From IMG/VR virus record IMGVR_UViG_3300011232_000001, positions 48,337-68,336 of that record: 20,000 nt of DNA. One strand, written 5' to 3'. The notes below the pieces were generated by a model. That model was given only the letters and a program-made list of their open reading frames with translations. It was not told the DNA's origin and searched no databases. Below, piece by piece: positions 15,373-20,000 of the stretch. How positions within the stretch are numbered: position 1 is the first letter of the stretch; each line of letters starts with the position of its first letter. Source of the DNA: an uncultured virus (IMG/VR IMGVR_UViG_3300011232_000001). Its lineage: Duplodnaviria > Heunggongvirae > Uroviricota > Caudoviricetes. A program made the position numbers and the translations under genes.

Positions 15373-17173
15373 TAATACCTCCATTAAGTGCATTCTGCAT
15401 TTGAATTTGTTGCATTGTTATTACAGGATTAGTAACATAAGCATCTTTATTTTTAAAACCTAATTCTTCAACGTATTTTGCTACTATGTTATAAATATTC
15501 ATAGGCGAAACAATCAATGCCCCCATAGGAGTAGAGGACAATTGCATCATAGTAGTTAACATGGTTTGGAGGTTCATAAGGGTCATTTCCTTAGTACCCA
15601 TGCCTACTGCTGAATTAACAATTAAATCCATTTCTCCAGAAATATCATCCATTGTAATTCTCATAGGTTCACCAGTTATACGAATGACTGTTGTAGAATC
15701 CATGAACTTTTGATTTAGTTCAATTAAGAATCTAAACAATTCTTGAAGTGCAGTTTCACTAAACATTCTGCAAATCATTTCTAGTCTTTGATTGGAAGCA
15801 CTCATTATTGCACTTATGCCTGTTGCAGTTTTATTAAGTCCTTTTGAGTCCTGCCCCTGAGTGTATCTTGTAACCCCTGTACGCTCTGCCTTTTGTTCTT
15901 CAATATATTCAAGATAATTGAATGTCCAACTTGCAAGAGGTACTACAGGCATTGGCTGGATAACGTCACTCATATTAAAGCCAGCCTTTTTACGAATAAT
16001 GCTTCTGCCATTAATAATGTCATCTATATTAACAGCCTCTTCACTTACAATCATTTTTCCATCATTAGATAATGAGGTATTAATCATAATTTGTTTGTGC
16101 AGGGCTACTTTTAAATGCTGTAATTCAGCAATCATTTCACTATATGACTTCTTGGGCATGATACGATGAGGGTCTTTTTCTGGTGACAATAAAAAGAAAG
16201 GCGCTCGTCCATATATGTTATCTTCAACACGCAGGATTACACCTTCAACTTTAGTAATTATCAAGTTTTCTAATAGACCATCACCATTAATGTCTAACTG
16301 TGTATAACATTCGTACAAGTCACATTCCTTACGTGCTTCTTCTACTGTGTTATTATGATTGACACTATAGTAATCTCTTGTATACTCATCTAATTCTGTA
16401 TCAGAAGGAGTCTTCATATTCTCAATAACCTTATCTACTGTTCCAGGCTCATACATACCCTCAATTTCTTTCCTGCGTAGATAGTCCAGGGTAACCCTCT
16501 TTTTATGGGCTACGAATGGCGCTTCAGCCAAGAATCTGCAATTAGGGCTGAATCTTAATTCTGATAAAAGTAAGTTTTCAATTTTAGGCATGTTTTTAAT
16601 GATATGTGAAATTGTGTAGGTTACGTTAAATAGGTCAGAGGCTACTTGATCAATTCTTTCGATTTGTATTTGTGGTACTGTTTTAAGCACTGCAAGTTGT
16701 TCTAATCCAATAACTTCAGTGCGTGTATCACTCTTGACCTCACGCTCCCAGTAACACTTGATAACTCCACAACCTGTAATAAGAGCATCTTTAAACCAAT
16801 TGTAGAACACTTCAAACGCTTTATTTTTACGTAACTGGAAGTTAATAAGTTCTTGCATTTTGTCGGCCTGATCAACGTCATCAGAGGTAATACCCTTGAT
16901 TGTTATAACATCTTCACTGCCGAAGAACACTTTCATGATTGCAGGAATTGCCCAGTTTAACGTATCTGCTACGTCACATGAAACAACACTGCTTGCCTTA
17001 GAGATTTTAGGAAACTTCTTTTCATAGTATTTCTGATCTGCATAATAAATTTCATATCTCTCAATTACTTTTGGCTCAATCTCTTCAGTGTAGTAATTGT
17101 CTGCAATTTGAATATCTTCATCTATCTTACGCAGTATATCTTCTTTTGTAGTATCATCTACTTGTATTGGCAA
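15203..17173 (-). CDS. Portal protein (P22 gp1-like)
   Basis: 656 aa, TTG start with AAGGTGA SD. Motifs S.VVS.DV.DT, FKDAL..G.G..K..W, YECY..D..GDG..E, E..TGV..Y.QG and NKTATGI. Q/G/P-rich tail. Confidence 0.93.
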   Translation of the reverse strand: MPIQVDDTTKEDILRKIDEDIQIADNYYTEEIEPKVIERYEIYYADQKYYEKKFPKISKASSVVSCDVADTLNWAIPAIMKVFFGSEDVITIKGITSDDVDQADKMQELINFQLRKNKAFEVFYNWFKDALITGCGVIKCYWEREVKSDTRTEVIGLEQLAVLKTVPQIQIERIDQVASDLFNVTYTISHIIKNMPKIENLLLSELRFSPNCRFLAEAPFVAHKKRVTLDYLRRKEIEGMYEPGTVDKVIENMKTPSDTELDEYTRDYYSVNHNNTVEEARKECDLYECYTQLDINGDGLLENLIITKVEGVILRVEDNIYGRAPFFLLSPEKDPHRIMPKKSYSEMIAELQHLKVALHKQIMINTSLSNDGKMIVSEEAVNIDDIINGRSIIRKKAGFNMSDVIQPMPVVPLASWTFNYLEYIEEQKAERTGVTRYTQGQDSKGLNKTATGISAIMSASNQRLEMICRMFSETALQELFRFLIELNQKFMDSTTVIRITGEPMRITMDDISGEMDLIVNSAVGMGTKEMTLMNLQTMLTTMMQLSSTPMGALIVSPMNIYNIVAKYVEELGFKNKDAYVTNPVITMQQIQMQNALNGGINGQLTDPNGNPTGTESPGGQGIHGQVSPGVQAMGTAPTSNVQNGGYNPTQGYLPRS

Positions 17174-17189
17174 TTAATCACCTTCTTTC

Positions 17190-18629
17190 TCACAAACTGC
17201 CAGCTATTGGCAAGTCCTTACTGTCAACCTTTGCCCATGAACCACTAGGGGCAATAGCTATTTGCTCCATATAAGCTAATGCATCTGGTATATCATCTTT
17301 GTTACCTCTGGGGAATGCAATAAACTGTGCTTCAAATTCCGAAAGCCAACTTGCTTCCTCTGGTAACCAGATAGTACCTGCATTGAATCTTGGTTGTAAT
17401 TGCTCTATGCGTAATTCTTTTTTCTTTTCTGCGAACAGTGGCTGAATGCCAAAATATATATTGCGTTTAGGCATTTCTTTGATTAAGAAATGTTCCATAG
17501 CTGCTTGATATGCTACGCGCTCAACGCCTACCTTAATAGGCTTGTGTTTAGATACGGCCTGAAATATCTTATCCATTGTCTCTGTAGGGTCAAACCTGCC
17601 GAAGATAATATCTAAGATAAACCAGTTATTTTCAGAGTCAACACCAACAACACATATAACTGTAAAGTCAGCCGTAAGTTTTTGACTAATAGCCAAGTCA
17701 ACAGTAATATAGACACTCAGGTCTTTTTGTTTAATGTCGTTTGATGAATATCTCTTTTTAAACATTTCAGGTTTAAACCTCTGACTGTCAGGTGATAAAG
17801 CAATACACATACGTTCTCTGAACCAAACGTCTAGCGTACCCATTTTGGAATACGCTTCTTTTTCTTGTTCAATAAAGTCTTTTGTATATTTTTCAGGCCA
17901 GTTTGATTCTCCCTCTTCATTAAGAATAGGAATCCTAGCCCAATCAAACCCTAAATGTTCAGCATTGAGGATTACTCTCTCAATTAAACTGCGTTCACCT
18001 AGATTGTTTGCAATCATGAATATACGTGTGTCTTTACCAAGGAATACTACGTCAGATAAAAACCATTCATAATCTCTTTCTGTTATTAACTCTGAAGCCA
18101 CGTCATCCGTACTCTGCAAGTCATCACAGACTACTATAGAAGGCCTCATACCTCTTACTAAGGAGCCACGTAGAGAACTAGAACCTTTACCATGTGCTTC
18201 TATACGTACATTTCTAGGTACTCCATTTGTATCAAGGCATTCTATGTCAAAGGCTTTCTCTGATTGTTCCCTGACACGAATTAGGTTGGCACATAAATTA
18301 GGGTCACTTAAATATTCGTCAGCAACGTCCTTTAGGCGTTTACTGGCACTTCGCTGATTAGCAAGAATTAAAATTATGTAACTATAATCTGGACTTGGAT
18401 AAACAAGTCTATATAGTGTGTGCGCTCTAATTACTAGGATTGATTTGCCACACTCGCGGAAGGCTTCTATTGCAAAATTCTTTTTACCCTTTAGCAATAT
18501 ATCATCCCAGAACTTATGAAACTCTGGAGATTTAACGTCATTAGTTGTAGGTAAAAACAACTGTCTGAAGTTCAATAGGGATTCTTGCCCTAGCTTATAT
18601 GCCTGGACAAGTGCATCCAATGTTTCCAA
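17190..18629 (-). CDS. terL: Terminase large subunit
   Basis: 479 aa. Walker A AFRECGKS, LRG, Walker B IVVCDD, and nuclease motifs ITVDLAIS..ADFT, GVERVAYQ, K..RI and FP.G.KDDIPDAL. Confidence 0.95.
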   Translation of the reverse strand: METLDALVQAYKLGQESLLNFRQLFLPTTNDVKSPEFHKFWDDILLKGKKNFAIEAFRECGKSILVIRAHTLYRLVYPSPDYSYIILILANQRSASKRLKDVADEYLSDPNLCANLIRVREQSEKAFDIECLDTNGVPRNVRIEAHGKGSSSLRGSLVRGMRPSIVVCDDLQSTDDVASELITERDYEWFLSDVVFLGKDTRIFMIANNLGERSLIERVILNAEHLGFDWARIPILNEEGESNWPEKYTKDFIEQEKEAYSKMGTLDVWFRERMCIALSPDSQRFKPEMFKKRYSSNDIKQKDLSVYITVDLAISQKLTADFTVICVVGVDSENNWFILDIIFGRFDPTETMDKIFQAVSKHKPIKVGVERVAYQAAMEHFLIKEMPKRNIYFGIQPLFAEKKKELRIEQLQPRFNAGTIWLPEEASWLSEFEAQFIAFPRGNKDDIPDALAYMEQIAIAPSGSWAKVDSKDLPIAGSL

Positions 18630-18779
18630 TAAACCACCACCTGGAAATTATTAACACTTTTAGGACATGCAATTTTTGAATAACACGATCATATCTTGTA
18701 ACATAGCGAACCAGCCGCGAACCTACCCTCTAGCTGGTACGGTCGAGAACGAACATACCTACAAAGGAGGATTGTACAA
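18630..18779. promoter_or_regulatory. Divergent control region between terL and parM, containing imperfect 11-bp direct repeats
   Basis: This is the only divergent intergenic gap in the window. Repeats are GCGAACCAGCC (18706-18716), GCGAACCTACC (18717-18727) and ACGAACATACC (18749-18759). SD AAAGGAGG at 18763-18770. Confidence 0.55.
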
Positions 18780-19646
18780 ATGAAAGTGTTATCTTGGGAT
18801 TTTGGCAGGTCAGGTATTAAAGGTACTCACTCGAAGGGAAACATCTATATCCCAAATTCCATTGGTGCTAGTAGAGAAATAGACCTTGAACCTGACCACG
18901 TTGCCCCTATCAATAACTTAAACATTGAATTTGATGGGCAAAAATGTTTTATTGGTAATTTAGCAATTAAAGAATCCCATAATCCAAAGTCAGTCTTTGA
19001 GACTAATTATTGTATACCAGAATCCAGAATGTTCTTGCTGGCTATGGTATCACTGCTCCCAGACAGAGAATTTAACTTATCTGTTGGGTTACCACTCGCA
19101 CTGTATAAGACACAAAAAAAAGACCTTGCAAGGTATCTGCAAGGTAACTTCCACTATAGAGCTAATGGGGAATCAAGGATGGTCACTATCAATCATGTTA
19201 GTGTCTTTCCACAAGGAGTTGGAGCATTCTGGAATAAGCACTTAGATTACAATGGTGATCTTCAATGTGAATTTCCTGAAAGGGCTGGTTTAGTGGATAT
19301 AGGATATAGAGATGTGAATTTAGTCTACATACAGGATGGTGAGTTTATAGATAAAATGTCGTGCAGTATCCCATTAGGTTCCTTCAATGCCTACCTAGAG
19401 GCTATGAAGATATTGCCTGATTATGCGCTAGATCAAATAACTCATGACGTAGTACCTCAATCATGCTGGCATAACTTATCCAATAGAATACGCTCACAAA
19501 TGAATCAAATTTGGTTACGGCAGAATTTCCCTATTTACTCTTCTGGGGGAGCAGCTATATATACTAACATTGGTGAGATACTTCAAGACCCTATCAATGC
19601 TAATGCGAATGGTTACTATAAATTAGAGGTATTAAAAAATGGGTAA
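18780..19646 (+). CDS. parM: ParM/StbA-family actin-like ATPase
   Basis: 288 aa. All five actin motifs are present: DFGRSGIK (phosphate 1), FPQGVGA (connect 1), VDIGYRDVN (phosphate 2), SGGAA (adenosine) and PINANANGYY (connect 2). Confidence 0.9.
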   Translation: MKVLSWDFGRSGIKGTHSKGNIYIPNSIGASREIDLEPDHVAPINNLNIEFDGQKCFIGNLAIKESHNPKSVFETNYCIPESRMFLLAMVSLLPDREFNLSVGLPLALYKTQKKDLARYLQGNFHYRANGESRMVTINHVSVFPQGVGAFWNKHLDYNGDLQCEFPERAGLVDIGYRDVNLVYIQDGEFIDKMSCSIPLGSFNAYLEAMKILPDYALDQITHDVVPQSCWHNLSNRIRSQMNQIWLRQNFPIYSSGGAAIYTNIGEILQDPINANANGYYKLEVLKNG

Positions 19647-19869
19647 AACCTCCATCTGGTTACACGAAGATGATATAGCCTTTGCACTTAGTAAAGGTCA
19701 ATCAGTCAGTGCTGGCATAAGGTATTGTATAGCTTACGTAAAATCTGCTGAACACATAAAAAAAGAACTAAAAGACATTCTACAATGCGATAACACTGTA
19801 GTACCATTAGTTCAATCTAATATAAACATGTCTAGTAACTTGAAAAATAAAATATTTAAAAACTTGTGA
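19639..19869 (+). CDS. Putative ParR-like DNA-binding adaptor (ribbon-helix-helix-like)
   Basis: 76 aa, overlapping parM by 8 nt, with a GAGGT SD. KTSIWL strand followed by two helices (..SVSAGIRYCI..) and a basic C-terminal helix (LKNKIFKNL). Confidence 0.65.
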   Translation: MGKTSIWLHEDDIAFALSKGQSVSAGIRYCIAYVKSAEHIKKELKDILQCDNTVVPLVQSNINMSSNLKNKIFKNL

Positions 19870-19950
19870 AATTTTACTCTCTATATATATTATTAAATAT
19901 TCCCATTTTTGCAAGTAAATTCCTAAAAATATTTTAAGAAGGTGTATAAA

Positions 19951-20000
19951 ATGTTAGAAATACCTGTTGCAATGAAGGTTATCCCTATTGTTATGGCTGG
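19951..20000 (+). CDS. 5' end of a protein with a hydrophobic N-terminus (runs off the window)
   Basis: AGAAGGTG SD at 19937-19944 and ATG 19951. Reads MLEIPVAMKVIPIVMA. Confidence 0.55.
   Translation, partial: MLEIPVAMKVIPIVMA

Larger units (their letters stand above)
1..20000. mobile_element. Segment of a podovirus-type (P22/SU10-like) phage or phage-plasmid genome: packaging, head, short-tail and ejection genes plus a parM-parR-like pair
   Basis: The gene order is TerL-portal-scaffold-MCP-adaptors-tailspike-gp10-like-ejection proteins. There is no tape-measure, sheath or tail-tube gene in the window. Strong GGAGG SD sites and many ATGA/TAATG overlaps. No host housekeeping genes. Confidence 0.95.

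Noticed and set aside
15373..15393. 88-aa start (TTG/GTG-type at 15393) for the post-portal ORF
   Set aside because: No SD. ATG 15372 has GGAGGT.
1351..18072. Numerous short plus-strand ORFs (e.g. 1351-1572, 2963-3265, 6948-7250, 9890-10201, 11828-12094, 15918-16169) and nested minus-strand ORFs (3262-3531, 5440-5634, 12207-12398)
   Set aside because: All are shadows overlapping well-supported genes, and none has a recognisable motif.
18706..18763. CGAAC half-sites as Firmicute LexA (Cheo) boxes
   Set aside because: None is followed by the GTTC half at 4-nt spacing.
19850..19950. AT-rich stretch with AAATATT copies and an (AT)n run as parC, origin or sigmaA promoter
   Set aside because: Low complexity and irregular spacing. 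TTGCAA has no good -10 at 16-18 nt.
1..20000. tRNA/rRNA genes, stop-codon recoding, programmed frameshifts
   Set aside because: Coding density is near complete in the standard code, the intergenic gaps show no RNA-gene signatures, and no split genes are evident.

Overview
The window is the virion morphogenesis region of a short-tailed (P22/SU10-like podovirus) phage of a Firmicute host, probably a Negativicute. Bases 1-18629 are one tightly coupled minus-strand operon. In transcription order it encodes the large terminase, portal, a small overlapping ORF, an HExxH protein, a 136-aa virion protein, a 933-aa LamG + DTxR-repeat fibre, a BppU-like adaptor, the scaffold, a DUF5309/SU10-type major capsid protein, a 110-aa ORF, three paralogous head-tail adaptors, a second BppU-like adaptor, a 1435-aa tailspike, a gp10-like tail protein, a GNAT-like protein and the DNA-ejection proteins. 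A ParM-like actin ATPase and a ParR-like partner are transcribed divergently, which suggests a plasmid prophage. The most unusual feature is the first ejection-type protein, which appears to be processed at both ends. Its N-terminus carries an L27/Prp-type motif (FDLQLF|GGG) also seen in the scaffold (FDLQCF|A), and its C-terminus is an atypical non-splicing Hint domain. All family assignments come from motif recognition and synteny, not database searches.
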